This document shows positions 1 through 9,458 of a stretch of 64,000 bases of DNA, piece by piece; positions within the stretch are counted from its first letter, which is position 1; every line of letters begins with the position of its first letter. Both the position numbers and the translations under genes were made by a program. The notes below the pieces were generated by a model that was not told the origin of the DNA, did no database searches, and saw only the letters and a program-made list of their open reading frames with translations. Location of the stretch: contig CAXXMD010000003.1 in the NCBI GenBank assembly GCA_963675755.2, positions 1,984,001 through 2,048,000 of the forward strand, read 5' to 3'. The stretch comes from a bacterium (lineage in GTDB: Bacteria > Zhuqueibacterota > Zhuqueibacteria > Residuimicrobiales > Krinioviventaceae).

Positions 1-947
1 TCTTTCATGCTGAGAATGATGCGCTCAATTCCTGAGCCAAAACCAATACCCGGTGTAGAGGGGCCACCCAGTTGTTCAATCAGGCCGTCGTATCTACCGC
101 CGCCGCACATGGCGTTTTGCGAACCAATGCCCTGCGCCCATACTTCAAACACGGTTTTGGTGTAATAATCCAGTCCGCGTACCAGTTTGTGGTTTACAGA
201 ATAGGCTCTGCCGGTTTTATCAAGATAACGTTTCAAAGTAGAGAAATGATCTTCACATTCTTCGCAAAGATGTTCGCTTATGACCGGTGCCTGGGCTATA
301 ACAGGTTGACAGGTTTCTACTTTACAGTCAAGCAGTCTGAGTGGGTTTTTACCCAATCTGCGTTTACAGTCGTCACAGATTTCGTCGTAATGGGCCTGAT
401 AGTAGGTTTTTAATGTTTCAATATAGGCGGGTCTGCACTTGGGGCAGCCGGTACTGTTGAGTTGAAAAGCAAGGCCTTTGAAGCCCAGTTCAGCGTAAAG
501 CTGCCAGGCAATGGACATGACTTCCAGATCGAGCAGTGGATCTTGCTCGCCCAGTGCTTCAACATTAAACTGAGTGTGCTGACGAAATCGCCCTGCTTGA
601 GGACGTTCATAGCGGAAAACAGGTCCCATGGAATACAATTTTACCGGTTTAGCCTGCATGTGCAATCCGTTTTGTAGATAGGTCCGCATAACGCCGGCTG
701 TAAATTCAGGGCGCATGGTAACGGAATTGTCACCCTTGTCGTTAAAGGTGTACATTTCTTTTTCCACAATATCGGTAGTATCACCTACGCCGCGTATAAA
801 CAGAGATGTTTCTTCCAGTATTGGTGGATCAATGCGTTTGTAGCCATAGATTTGTGTAATTTCATGCAGTTTTTGCTCAATCCAGCGCCAGTAGGGCTGT
901 TCTTCGGGCAATACATCCCGCATACCGGTAATAGATTTGTATTTCAT
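1..947 (-). CDS. hisS: Histidyl-tRNA synthetase (3' end outside window)
   Basis: Not in the ORF track because it runs off the window edge. My translation from ATG at 947 gives MKYKSITGMRDVLPEEQ...GVGDTTDIVEKEMYTF...MRPEFTAG...GPVFRYERPQAGRFRQHTQFNVE, the class II HisRS motifs. Confidence 0.95.
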   Translation of the reverse strand, partial: MKYKSITGMRDVLPEEQPYWRWIEQKLHEITQIYGYKRIDPPILEETSLFIRGVGDTTDIVEKEMYTFNDKGDNSVTMRPEFTAGVMRTYLQNGLHMQAKPVKLYSMGPVFRYERPQAGRFRQHTQFNVEALGEQDPLLDLEVMSIAWQLYAELGFKGLAFQLNSTGCPKCRPAYIETLKTYYQAHYDEICDDCKRRLGKNPLRLLDCKVETCQPVIAQAPVISEHLCEECEDHFSTLKRYLDKTGRAYSVNHKLVRGLDYYTKTVFEVWAQGIGSQNAMCGGGRYDGLIEQLGGPSTPGIGFGSGIERIILSMK

Positions 948-963
948 TGTGTTTAAATTCCTG

Positions 964-1227
964 CTATATGTGGTCCATCATTCCTTCAAGGATCGTTTGT
1001 GCTTTTTTCTGGTGCTTTTTGTGTACATAAATCCGGCAAACATCATCAGAAAGGCCGGCTGATTTTGCTAAAAGGCCAGAACTGAGTAAATCGGATTTGA
1101 TAACACAAGGAATACCATTGTTCTCCAGGGTTTCTTTAACCATTTCGGCATAAATCACACCCGGTAGCGTGCTGAGGCTGACCATTTCCTCGTTAGGGTC
1201 ATTTAAATTTTCTTCACTCATATCCAT
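964..1227 (-). CDS. DUF2007 / putative signal-transducing small protein
   Basis: 87 aa; AEMVKETLENNGIPCVI...CRIYVHKKHQKKAQTIL pattern is typical of DUF2007. Confidence 0.7.
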   Translation of the reverse strand: MDMSEENLNDPNEEMVSLSTLPGVIYAEMVKETLENNGIPCVIKSDLLSSGLLAKSAGLSDDVCRIYVHKKHQKKAQTILEGMMDHI

Positions 1228-1285
1228 TCCCCTTAAAATACAAAAGGGCCTCGCAAAGAGACCCGTTTAATGAAAAAAAGCTTTA

Positions 1286-1756
1286 TTATAAAGCAAAATA
1301 TTTTTGCTCTTCTTTTTTGATGGCCTCGATGACTTCTTCACTTGAATGTGAAGATGATAGCCTGTCTCGAAACTCTTTTCGGTGCATTAAACGGGAAATA
1401 CGACTGAGTGCTTTTAAATGCGGACCCGTCTGATCAACCGGACCAACCAGTAAAAAGATCAAGCGAACAGGTTTTTCATCAATAGACTTGAAATCCACAT
1501 CCTGGCGGGTAATGCCAAATGCGCTAACAAGTTCTGAAACGCCGTCGCTTTTAGCGTGAGGAATGGCAACGCCATCACCCATGCCTGTGCTCATAACACG
1601 TTCACGGTCAAGAACCGCCTGAAGTACAGCGTCTCTGTCCGTAACCCGGTTCTGGCTAGCAAGAATATCGACCATTTCTTCGATAATTCTGTTTTTTTCG
1701 GTATTTTCCAGTGGTATCCGAATTACATCTTTTGTCAAGAGGTCACTCAGATTCAT
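1286..1756 (-). CDS. PTS EIIA component (Ntr/fructose type)
   Basis: RERVMSTGMGDGVAIPHAK phospho-His motif; HLKALSRISRL C-terminus. Confidence 0.9.
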   Translation of the reverse strand: MNLSDLLTKDVIRIPLENTEKNRIIEEMVDILASQNRVTDRDAVLQAVLDRERVMSTGMGDGVAIPHAKSDGVSELVSAFGITRQDVDFKSIDEKPVRLIFLLVGPVDQTGPHLKALSRISRLMHRKEFRDRLSSSHSSEEVIEAIKKEEQKYFAL

Positions 1757-1892
1757 AAAAACTCCTTTATCAATCGAGTATAATTTACAATTCCTGACGA
1801 ATTTTCCAAGTCCTTTTTAAGCATTGGGGGAATATACAAGTAATTCGGGGGATGTGCATCCCCCCGGTTAAGGTATAAACCGGGGGGAAGGT

Positions 1893-2297
1893 TTATGCCT
1901 TATTTTCGGAAGTTGTGTGAAATGCTTGAAATATGAGTATGGAACCGGTTATAATCAGAATTACTGGCCACCAGTCTTCTATATTGTATAACTGGGAGGC
2001 ACCCAGGGCGGAGATAATACTTCCCTTAATGATGATGCCGTAAACAGGTTTGTTAAAACGGGGGATACGAATACGGATAATTGCTTCGATAATGAATACA
2101 ATTCCGGCAGATAATAAAAACCACCAGAACCAGCTATCGTAAAACATGCCCTGGTTTTCTGCAAAAATAAAAGCTCCCGCTAAAATGAATAACGATCCGG
2201 TTATCAACCCGCTTAATGAATCCCGTGAATGATGATGTTTGGGTTTTACTGATTTTACTTGATCTGTGCTCATAATGTTCTCCTTGTTTAATGCCAC
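1893..2297 (-). CDS. Small 4-TM membrane protein (LiaF/DUF5668-like)
   Basis: Four hydrophobic segments and WWPVILIITG motif. Confidence 0.55.
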   Translation of the reverse strand: MALNKENIMSTDQVKSVKPKHHHSRDSLSGLITGSLFILAGAFIFAENQGMFYDSWFWWFLLSAGIVFIIEAIIRIRIPRFNKPVYGIIIKGSIISALGASQLYNIEDWWPVILIITGSILIFQAFHTTSENKA

Positions 2298-2423
2298 GGG
2301 CTTTCTGGTTTATTATACGTAAAGTACATTTAAGTGTTACAAGGGTTTTTATCAATCGATTTTTCTTGTAATTGTTAAGCAACAGTTTAAATTATAATAT
2401 AACAAAAAATACAGGGAGATGCT

Positions 2424-3011
2424 TTGTCGTTACATGATCTAATCTTGAAACGACGAACCATTCGTCGCTTCAAACAGGAAAAAATAGTCACAGAGGTATT
2501 AAAAAGCCTGGTTGATTCAGCCCGCCTGGCACCATCTGCAATGAATATGCAGCCACTGGAGTATATTATTGTACAGGAACCAGATGTTGTTAATAAAGTA
2601 TTCCAAAACACGCGGTGGGCAGGGTATTTGCCGGATGATACGGGAAGACCCGCACCCAATGAACAACCGGTTGCCTATATTGCGGTACTTGTCAATAAAT
2701 CGTTAAAGTCTGCATGGACTGGTCATGATATTGGCGCTGCCGTGGAGAATATGATACTCTTTGCATTAGCCGAGGGAATTGGTTCGTGCTGGTTGGGTTC
2801 AGTGAACCGTGCGCAGGTGTGTGAAATGCTTAACGTACCGGATTCATACGAGCTGGATTCTGTGTTGGCTCTTGGCATTCCGGCAGAAGAACCGCGGGTT
2901 GTAGACTTTAAAGATTCACAAAAATATTATAAAGATACAGACGGTACCTTGAATGTGCCCAAACGAGATCTAAATCACATCTGTCACTTGAATGTATTTA
3001 AACGGGAATAG
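2424..3011 (+). CDS. Nitroreductase family protein
   Basis: KRRTIRRFK, ARLAPSAMNMQP and GIGSCWLG motifs. Confidence 0.9.
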   Translation: MSLHDLILKRRTIRRFKQEKIVTEVLKSLVDSARLAPSAMNMQPLEYIIVQEPDVVNKVFQNTRWAGYLPDDTGRPAPNEQPVAYIAVLVNKSLKSAWTGHDIGAAVENMILFALAEGIGSCWLGSVNRAQVCEMLNVPDSYELDSVLALGIPAEEPRVVDFKDSQKYYKDTDGTLNVPKRDLNHICHLNVFKRE

Positions 3012-3014
3012 AAC

Positions 3015-4046
3015 ATGAGCACAAATAAAACACTGAATGTTGCAATAATAGGAGCGGGAGCAATATCTACGCATCATGTGAATGCTATACGGCAGTTGAA
3101 TGATAATGTAAAGGTTGTTAAACTTTATCGTCGGGATGAAACCAAAGCCCGCGAAGCGGCAGAAAAGCTGGGACTGGAATATACTACAGATATAAATGAG
3201 GTCCTGAATGATCCCGAAATCCATGTTGCGGATATTACTCTGCCATCCGGACTTCATGCAGAGATGGGAATTGAATTTGCTAAAGCCGGCAAGCATGTAA
3301 TAGTTGAAAAACCCATAGATGTAACGCTGGACAAGGCCGATGCTTTGATTAACGCCTGCAAAGAAAACAATGTAACGTTGGGAGTGATCAGCCAATACCG
3401 GTTTATGGAGCCCATGCAGAAATTATACGCTCTTCTCAAGGAGCAAAAGTTGGGCAATTTGATTCATGCAGAAGCCAGCATTAAATGGTATCGCTCAATG
3501 GATTATTACAACAGCGGCGCCTGGCGCGGTACACATGAACTGGATGGTGGCGGACCGTTTATGAATCAGGGTATTCATTTTATTGATCTCATGCTTTCGG
3601 TTATGGGACCTGCTAAATGGGTTTATGGTAAAACACGTACCTGTACGCATGATATTGAAGTAGAAGATATTGGTATGGCTATGGTAGAATTTGAGAACGG
3701 TGCTTCGGGCGTGATACAGGCCTCTACCGCAACGTTTCCCGGGTTGCCGGCTAGGCTTGACGTACATGGCACCAAAGGTACGGTTGTTGTCGAGGGCGAA
3801 AGACTGGCTTTTATGCACATTGATGGTGAAGAACCTTTTCGTAAAGAGAGCGGTTCTGCAGGCGGTGCTTCAAAGCCCCTTGATATTGATTTAACTCCTT
3901 TTATTAAAGAGTTTACAGATATTTTTGGTGCTATCCGTGAAAACCGTGAACCTGTTGTAAGCGGTGCAGAAGCAAGACGCGCGTTACAGTTGATATTGGC
4001 TGTTTACGAGTCGTCAAAACAAAATAAACCGATTGTTATAGACTGA
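3015..4046 (+). CDS. Gfo/Idh/MocA family NAD(P)-dependent oxidoreductase
   Basis: IIGAGAIS, KHVIVEKP and GGGPFMNQGIHFID motifs. Confidence 0.92.
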   Translation: MSTNKTLNVAIIGAGAISTHHVNAIRQLNDNVKVVKLYRRDETKAREAAEKLGLEYTTDINEVLNDPEIHVADITLPSGLHAEMGIEFAKAGKHVIVEKPIDVTLDKADALINACKENNVTLGVISQYRFMEPMQKLYALLKEQKLGNLIHAEASIKWYRSMDYYNSGAWRGTHELDGGGPFMNQGIHFIDLMLSVMGPAKWVYGKTRTCTHDIEVEDIGMAMVEFENGASGVIQASTATFPGLPARLDVHGTKGTVVVEGERLAFMHIDGEEPFRKESGSAGGASKPLDIDLTPFIKEFTDIFGAIRENREPVVSGAEARRALQLILAVYESSKQNKPIVID

Positions 4047-4061
4047 AATAAAAATGATGGA

Positions 4062-4808
4062 ATGTATATGATATTAAGAGACGAGTTGACCGCAAACCTG
4101 AACGAATACCTGGCAGTGCACGAGTTTTCTGACTATGGGCCCAATGGATTGCAGGTGGAAGGTAAAGAAAAAGTTGAGAAAATTATAACCGCTGTTTCTG
4201 CGAATGTGGAATTGTTTGATCTGGCAATTGAAAAAAAAGCGGATATGATTATTGTACATCATGGTATTATCTGGAGTAAAGAAAGTCCGGTTGTTAAGGG
4301 AGGCTTAAAAGCTCGTTTAAAACGGTTACTTGACAATGAGATCACGTTGCTGGCATATCACCTTCCGCTAGATAAACACATGCAGGTTGGTAATAATGCG
4401 CAGGCAGCTAAAAATTTACAATTAAGAGATATTGAAGGCTTTATTGATGTGGGTGTTAAAGGTGTGATGGATCCTATACCTTTTACATCGTTTTTAGAGA
4501 ACGTAAAATCCTATTATGGCAGTAATCCCCTGGTTTTTGATTATGGCCCCAAAACAGTCTCTCGTATCGGGATTTGTTCGGGAGGTTCACAATACTATAT
4601 TTCACAAGCAATTGAAGACGGATTGGATGTCTTTATTACCGGAGAAGTGTCTGAACCGGTTATGCATAAAGCCAAAGAAGGGAATATACATTTCATTGCT
4701 GCCGGGCATTATGCCACTGAAAGACCCGGTATAATGGCCCTGGGTGATTATATTGCCGCTCAGTTTGATGTGGATGTTAAATATATTGATGTTCATAATC
4801 CTGTCTAG
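4062..4808 (+). CDS. Nif3-like dinuclear metal centre protein (YbgI family)
   Basis: DYGPNGLQVEG, VHHGI, AYHLPLD and AGHYATE motifs. Confidence 0.92.
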   Translation: MYMILRDELTANLNEYLAVHEFSDYGPNGLQVEGKEKVEKIITAVSANVELFDLAIEKKADMIIVHHGIIWSKESPVVKGGLKARLKRLLDNEITLLAYHLPLDKHMQVGNNAQAAKNLQLRDIEGFIDVGVKGVMDPIPFTSFLENVKSYYGSNPLVFDYGPKTVSRIGICSGGSQYYISQAIEDGLDVFITGEVSEPVMHKAKEGNIHFIAAGHYATERPGIMALGDYIAAQFDVDVKYIDVHNPV

Positions 4809-4904
4809 AACCAACTCTTGCCTGTAGACCGGTCAAATGAATACATCTTGATTTTGAATTACAGGAATACTATATTATCTGTTTGGTATTGACCTGAGGT
4901 AACT

Positions 4905-5750
4905 TTGTCTACTCGTGCAAAAATAAACGGATTACTGGCACTAACGCGTCCGGTGAATGTTTTTATAGCCATGCTTTCTATTTTTATTGCGGCGCTTTTA
5001 TGCGGCAGTCTTGAGCATTGGGCAGCAATACTGCTGGCGGCTCTGTCCGGTGGTGTAATTACCGCGGCGTCTAATACCATAAATGATTATTTTGATGTTG
5101 AAATAGACAAGATCAATAAACCCAACCGGCCGGTGGCCTCGGGTTTGATCTCGAAAAAGACCGCTTTGTTGTTCTCAATTTTGCTTTATGCTGCCGGTAT
5201 CGTGTTTGGCGCATTGATTAATGAAAAAGCATTACTGATTTCGGCAATTTCATCGGTTTTGCTGTATTTCTATAGTGCCAGATTCAAACGAATGGTACTG
5301 TTGGGCAATTTAACAGTCAGTCTGGCAACCGGTATGGCATTTATTTATGGTGGAATTGCGGTTAGGAACATTGAACAGGCTGTAATACCCGCCATATTTG
5401 CATTCATGATGCATTTTGGGCGCGAGATTATCAAAGATATGGAAGACATTGAAGGCGACCAGAGAGATAATGCTATTACTTTGCCGGTCAAATATGGTTT
5501 GTTTCCGGCCCGAATGTTGACTAGTGTATTGTTTGTATTGCTGATTGTCATTACTCTGCTGCCTTACCCGCTTGGTATTTATGGCATCTGGTATTTGTGG
5601 GTGGTTATTGCCGGGGTAAATACGGTACTGGTGTTCAGTACCATAATGATCTGGATACGTCCGGAGAGAAAAATATTTTCTAAACTGAGTGTGTTATTAA
5701 AAGCTGATATGCTGGTGGGATTGTTGGCGATTTACGTAGGGAGATGGTAG
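4905..5750 (+). CDS. UbiA prenyltransferase, geranylgeranylglycerol-phosphate geranylgeranyltransferase (DGGGP synthase)-like
   Basis: LTRPVN, NTINDYFDVEIDKINKPNRPVASG and REIIKDMEDIEGD...TLPV motifs; multi-pass membrane protein; TTG start. Confidence 0.8.
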   Translation: MSTRAKINGLLALTRPVNVFIAMLSIFIAALLCGSLEHWAAILLAALSGGVITAASNTINDYFDVEIDKINKPNRPVASGLISKKTALLFSILLYAAGIVFGALINEKALLISAISSVLLYFYSARFKRMVLLGNLTVSLATGMAFIYGGIAVRNIEQAVIPAIFAFMMHFGREIIKDMEDIEGDQRDNAITLPVKYGLFPARMLTSVLFVLLIVITLLPYPLGIYGIWYLWVVIAGVNTVLVFSTIMIWIRPERKIFSKLSVLLKADMLVGLLAIYVGRW

Positions 5751-5755
5751 GCTTT

Positions 5756-6205
5756 ATGAGAGCATTGATTCAGCGCGTTGAAAAGGCATCGGTAACAGTA
5801 GAAAAAGAAATTGTTGGCAAGATTGATCAAGGCCTGGTTATTTTATTGGGCATTAAACATGATGATGATGAAAAAGATTTAGAATATATGGTAAACAAGG
5901 TTGTGAACTTGCGGATATTTGAAGATGTAGATGGACGGTTTAATCTTTCAGCATTGGATGTTGGCGCACAATTGCTGGTTGTATCTCAATTTACCTTATA
6001 TGGAGATACGCGGCGGGGCAGACGTCCCAGTTTTACGGATGCCGCACATCCGGATCTTTCAAAACCGCTATATCACAAAGCTACCAAAATGTTTGGAGAA
6101 ACCGGTCTCAAAGTGCAGGAAGGTATTTTTGGCGCGAATATGATGGTAGAAATACATAATGATGGTCCCGTTACGCTGATGCTGGATAGTGATGACAGAC
6201 GATAA
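5756..6205 (+). CDS. dtd: D-aminoacyl-tRNA deacylase
   Basis: MRALIQRV start (ATG 5756), VSQFTLYGD, GRRPSF and NDGPVT motifs. Confidence 0.96.
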   Translation: MRALIQRVEKASVTVEKEIVGKIDQGLVILLGIKHDDDEKDLEYMVNKVVNLRIFEDVDGRFNLSALDVGAQLLVVSQFTLYGDTRRGRRPSFTDAAHPDLSKPLYHKATKMFGETGLKVQEGIFGANMMVEIHNDGPVTLMLDSDDRR

Positions 6206-6821
6206 GTATATAAAGATCATGGAACAGATCCATGAAAAACCCTTAATACTGGCTTCAAAATCACCGAGACGTGCAGAGCTCTTGACACGTATTGGATTTG
6301 AATTTGACATTGTGCCCAGTCATTTTGATGAAAGTGAAATTGATATCCGTGATCCTCGTGAACATGTAAAAGCGTTATCATTAGCAAAGGCAAAACAGGT
6401 AGCTCAGGATATTGATACAGGTCGAATCATTGGAGCGGATACGATAGTCGTACTGGATGATGAAATATTGGGTAAACCCAAAGATGCGGATGAGGCGTAT
6501 GAAATGCTTAAACGTCTTCAAGGCAGAACGCACGAGGTATATACCGGGTTTGCCATTGTAGAAAAACCCCAGAATCATATCGTTTCAGACGCTGAAGTTA
6601 CGCGTGTCAGTTTTCGTCAATTGGAAGACTGGGAGATTTGGGGATATATAGGCACAAAAAGTCCGTTCGACAAAGCCGGTGCTTATGGCATTCAGGATAA
6701 AAGCGCGGTATTTGCTGAAAAGATTGATGGTTGTTTTTACAATGTTGTAGGATTTCCATTAACCAAATTTTATACTCAATTATTAACCATGTTGAATAAC
6801 AATGAACAATCAAAAAAATAA
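6189..6821 (+). CDS. maf: Maf family nucleotide pyrophosphatase
   Basis: LILASKSPRRAELL, IGADTIV, LGKP and DKAGAYGIQ motifs. Exact start uncertain. Confidence 0.93.
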   Translation: MMTDDKYIKIMEQIHEKPLILASKSPRRAELLTRIGFEFDIVPSHFDESEIDIRDPREHVKALSLAKAKQVAQDIDTGRIIGADTIVVLDDEILGKPKDADEAYEMLKRLQGRTHEVYTGFAIVEKPQNHIVSDAEVTRVSFRQLEDWEIWGYIGTKSPFDKAGAYGIQDKSAVFAEKIDGCFYNVVGFPLTKFYTQLLTMLNNNEQSKK

Positions 6822-7977
6822 AAAAGCAGAGCTTGGCCATGAACTGGCCGAGCAAAGACAGGCCAAGGGCCTGACAGTTGAAAAGTTGGCTGATATAACC
6901 AAAATTTCAGTAAAGAACATTCAGCATCTTGAAAATGGAGTGTTTGACTTTTTACCCAGTGCTTATGTTAAAGCATATCTGAGTTCTGTTGCGCGTGAGC
7001 TGGGTTTGAATCCTGATGTTGTTTTGAAAAAGTATCATTCTTCTTTTGTCAAAGATGTGGATTCATCAGTGATGAATGAGGTCGAGTCGACAAAACTGGA
7101 TTTGAGAGATAAGCCCAAACCTGAACCATCACCAGAGCCCACACTGGAGCCGGAACCCGAACCTGAACCGGAGGAAGAAACAAAGATAGAGCAGGAAGAA
7201 GGCCAGCCGCTTGTACAGGAACCGATAGACGAAGATGAAGACGATATTGAACCGGAACCAGAGAATCCAGAAGAAAGTACTGAACCTGAAACAGAGCAAA
7301 AAGAACCGGAATCAGAGCCGGAACCGGAAAAAGAACCCGAGCCAGAGCCAGAACCCGTAGCTGATCCTGTACCTGTTAAAGAACCAGAGATTGTTGTACC
7401 TGAACGACCTGCAATCCCTGAGCCTCAACCGGAAATTAAAAATAATTATTCAGAACCCAATTTGGTTAAACAAAACTGGTTTGAAGATTTTAAATTGATG
7501 CTGGGCTTTTACAGTATTTTTATTTATGGCTTTCTTGCCGTTGCAGTTATTGTTGTTGCCCTGATTATATTTGTACCAAAACTGAAAAATACAGACAAGC
7601 CGGATAGCAAATCTGATTTAACGGCACAGAATACGCAAGCGGTAGAAGCTACTACGGATGTTATAGAATCAACTCCCGAGCCTGAAATGTATTCTCTGAG
7701 AATGGTTGTAACCGATACAACCTGGCTGCGTATAGTATATTCGGATACCCTTACAGACGAAGCTATTTTTATTCCGGGCGATGAACGCTCATGGCAAAGC
7801 CCATCCGATTTTTGGATGCGCATTGGCAATGCCAGTGGAATACATTTATATCTGAATGAAAACGATCTGGGAGTGCCCGGTAACGCCGGTCGCATAACCA
7901 ATATTAGAGTCACCAAGGATGGGATAGAAAAAGTCACAAAAAGTCAGTTCCCTGAGAAAATGAATACGGAAGGTTAA
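6802..7977 (+). CDS. RodZ-like protein (HTH, Pro/Glu linker, TM, DUF4115)
   Basis: N-terminal HTH with YVKAYLSSVARELGL; one TM; C-terminal TWLRIV...MRIGNASGIHLYLN. Confidence 0.8.
   Translation: MNNQKNKKAELGHELAEQRQAKGLTVEKLADITKISVKNIQHLENGVFDFLPSAYVKAYLSSVARELGLNPDVVLKKYHSSFVKDVDSSVMNEVESTKLDLRDKPKPEPSPEPTLEPEPEPEPEEETKIEQEEGQPLVQEPIDEDEDDIEPEPENPEESTEPETEQKEPESEPEPEKEPEPEPEPVADPVPVKEPEIVVPERPAIPEPQPEIKNNYSEPNLVKQNWFEDFKLMLGFYSIFIYGFLAVAVIVVALIIFVPKLKNTDKPDSKSDLTAQNTQAVEATTDVIESTPEPEMYSLRMVVTDTTWLRIVYSDTLTDEAIFIPGDERSWQSPSDFWMRIGNASGIHLYLNENDLGVPGNAGRITNIRVTKDGIEKVTKSQFPEKMNTEG
7105..7435 (+). repeat. Low-complexity (PE)n/acidic coding repeat inside the RodZ-like gene
   Basis: Degenerate GAACC(N)/GAGCC(N) hexamers encoding KPKPEPSPEPTLEPEPEPEPEE...EPEPEKEPEPEPEP. 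Confidence 0.8.
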
Positions 7978-7993
7978 CCATACATTGATTTTG

Positions 7994-9403
7994 ATGAACG
8001 AAAATAAAAAGATATATTTCCTGGCAATATGCGGAACGGCTATGGCATCTTGTGCCGCTATGCTGAAACAAAAAGGGTACGAGGTTTATGGAAGTGATGA
8101 GAATTTGTACCCACCCATGAGCACTTTTCTGGAAGATCAAAACATACCGGTTATGCAGGGCTTTGATCCCGCGCATCTTGATCCGCAGCCGGATCTGGTG
8201 GTTGTTGGAAATGTGATCTCGAGGGGAAATGTAGAGATTGAAGAAATACTGGATAAAAAGATTCCCTATATTTCTTTGGCCGGTGCATTAAGAGAATTTA
8301 TGATACGCGGAAACCGGTCATTTGTAGTTACCGGAACCCATGGAAAAACAACGACTTCTTCCATGATGGCCTGGGTGTTCGAGTCTGCGGGCAAAGATCC
8401 CGGCTTTATGATTGGCGGCATTCCGGAGAATTTTGGTCGCGGATTTCAACTTGGAAGTGGCGGAGATTTTATTCTTGAAGGCGACGAGTACGACTCGGCC
8501 TTTTTTGAAAAGACAGCCAAGTTTTTACAATACCTACCGGATGTGGGTATTATCAATAGTGTGGAATTTGACCATGCCGATATCTATAAATCTTTGGATG
8601 ACATTAAACTGGCATTTAAACGGTTTGTAAATCTTGTACCAAGGAGTGGTTTGCTGATCGTTTGTGGTGATGATCCCGAAGCTATGGATGTCTCTGCAAA
8701 GGCTTTTTGTCCGGTTGAAACTTTTGGTTTTAATGATAACAATGACTGGCGGGCAGAAAAGATGCAGGTATCTGAAGGATTGATGCATTTTGATGTCTAT
8801 CACCATAACACATTACTGGGCAATGTAGCCCTGGGTGCATTGGGAAAACATAATGTTAAAAACGCGCTTGCAGTAATTGCTTCCGCACATTTCGCCGGTA
8901 TTGAATTTGGGAAAATACAACAGGCATTAAAAACATTCAAAGGTGTAAAACGCAGACTGGAACTCAAAGGAGAAGCCGCTGGTGTTGAGGTGTATGATGA
9001 TTTTGGACATCATCCTACTGCTATAAAAGAAACGCTGGACGGATTCAGACAAAAGTATCCGGATTCAGGAATATGGGCATTATTTGAACCACGCTCTGCC
9101 ACCACACGTAGAAATATTTTTCAAAAAGAATTTATAGAGGTGTTTGACAGTGCAGATTATGTATTGCTTGCACCTGTAAACCAACCCTCAAAAGTGGGTA
9201 ACGATATGCTGTTTTCACCGGAACTTTTAGCAGAGGATATACGTTTTAAAGGTAAAACAGCACATTATATAGAAACAACCGATGAAATGGTAAACCATAT
9301 CATCAGACATGTGAAAAGGGGCGACAAGGTAGTAACATTCAGCAACGGTCCCTTTGACAAGATACATGAAAAATTAATTGCTGCATTGAAAAATAATTCT
9401 TAA
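7994..9403 (+). CDS. mpl: Murein peptide ligase (UDP-MurNAc:L-Ala-gamma-D-Glu-mDAP ligase)
   Basis: ICGTAMAS, YPPMSTFL, GTHGKTTTSS, EGDEYDSAFF, DDFGHHPTAI and FEPRS motifs. Confidence 0.92.
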   Translation: MNENKKIYFLAICGTAMASCAAMLKQKGYEVYGSDENLYPPMSTFLEDQNIPVMQGFDPAHLDPQPDLVVVGNVISRGNVEIEEILDKKIPYISLAGALREFMIRGNRSFVVTGTHGKTTTSSMMAWVFESAGKDPGFMIGGIPENFGRGFQLGSGGDFILEGDEYDSAFFEKTAKFLQYLPDVGIINSVEFDHADIYKSLDDIKLAFKRFVNLVPRSGLLIVCGDDPEAMDVSAKAFCPVETFGFNDNNDWRAEKMQVSEGLMHFDVYHHNTLLGNVALGALGKHNVKNALAVIASAHFAGIEFGKIQQALKTFKGVKRRLELKGEAAGVEVYDDFGHHPTAIKETLDGFRQKYPDSGIWALFEPRSATTRRNIFQKEFIEVFDSADYVLLAPVNQPSKVGNDMLFSPELLAEDIRFKGKTAHYIETTDEMVNHIIRHVKRGDKVVTFSNGPFDKIHEKLIAALKNNS

Positions 9404-9458
9404 CTTGAATATTCACTGCTTATTATAGATGGACTCAATATAGAAAAAAGAGGACTGT

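Noticed and set aside
72-677. Short ORFs in the track (72..413, 410..610, 462..677)
   Set aside because: Shadows of hisS, which occupies 1..947 on the minus strand.
7105-7435. Repetitive DNA as a possible CRISPR array or VNTR
   Set aside because: Degenerate in-frame hexamers encoding Pro-Glu; no repeat-spacer structure and no cas genes.
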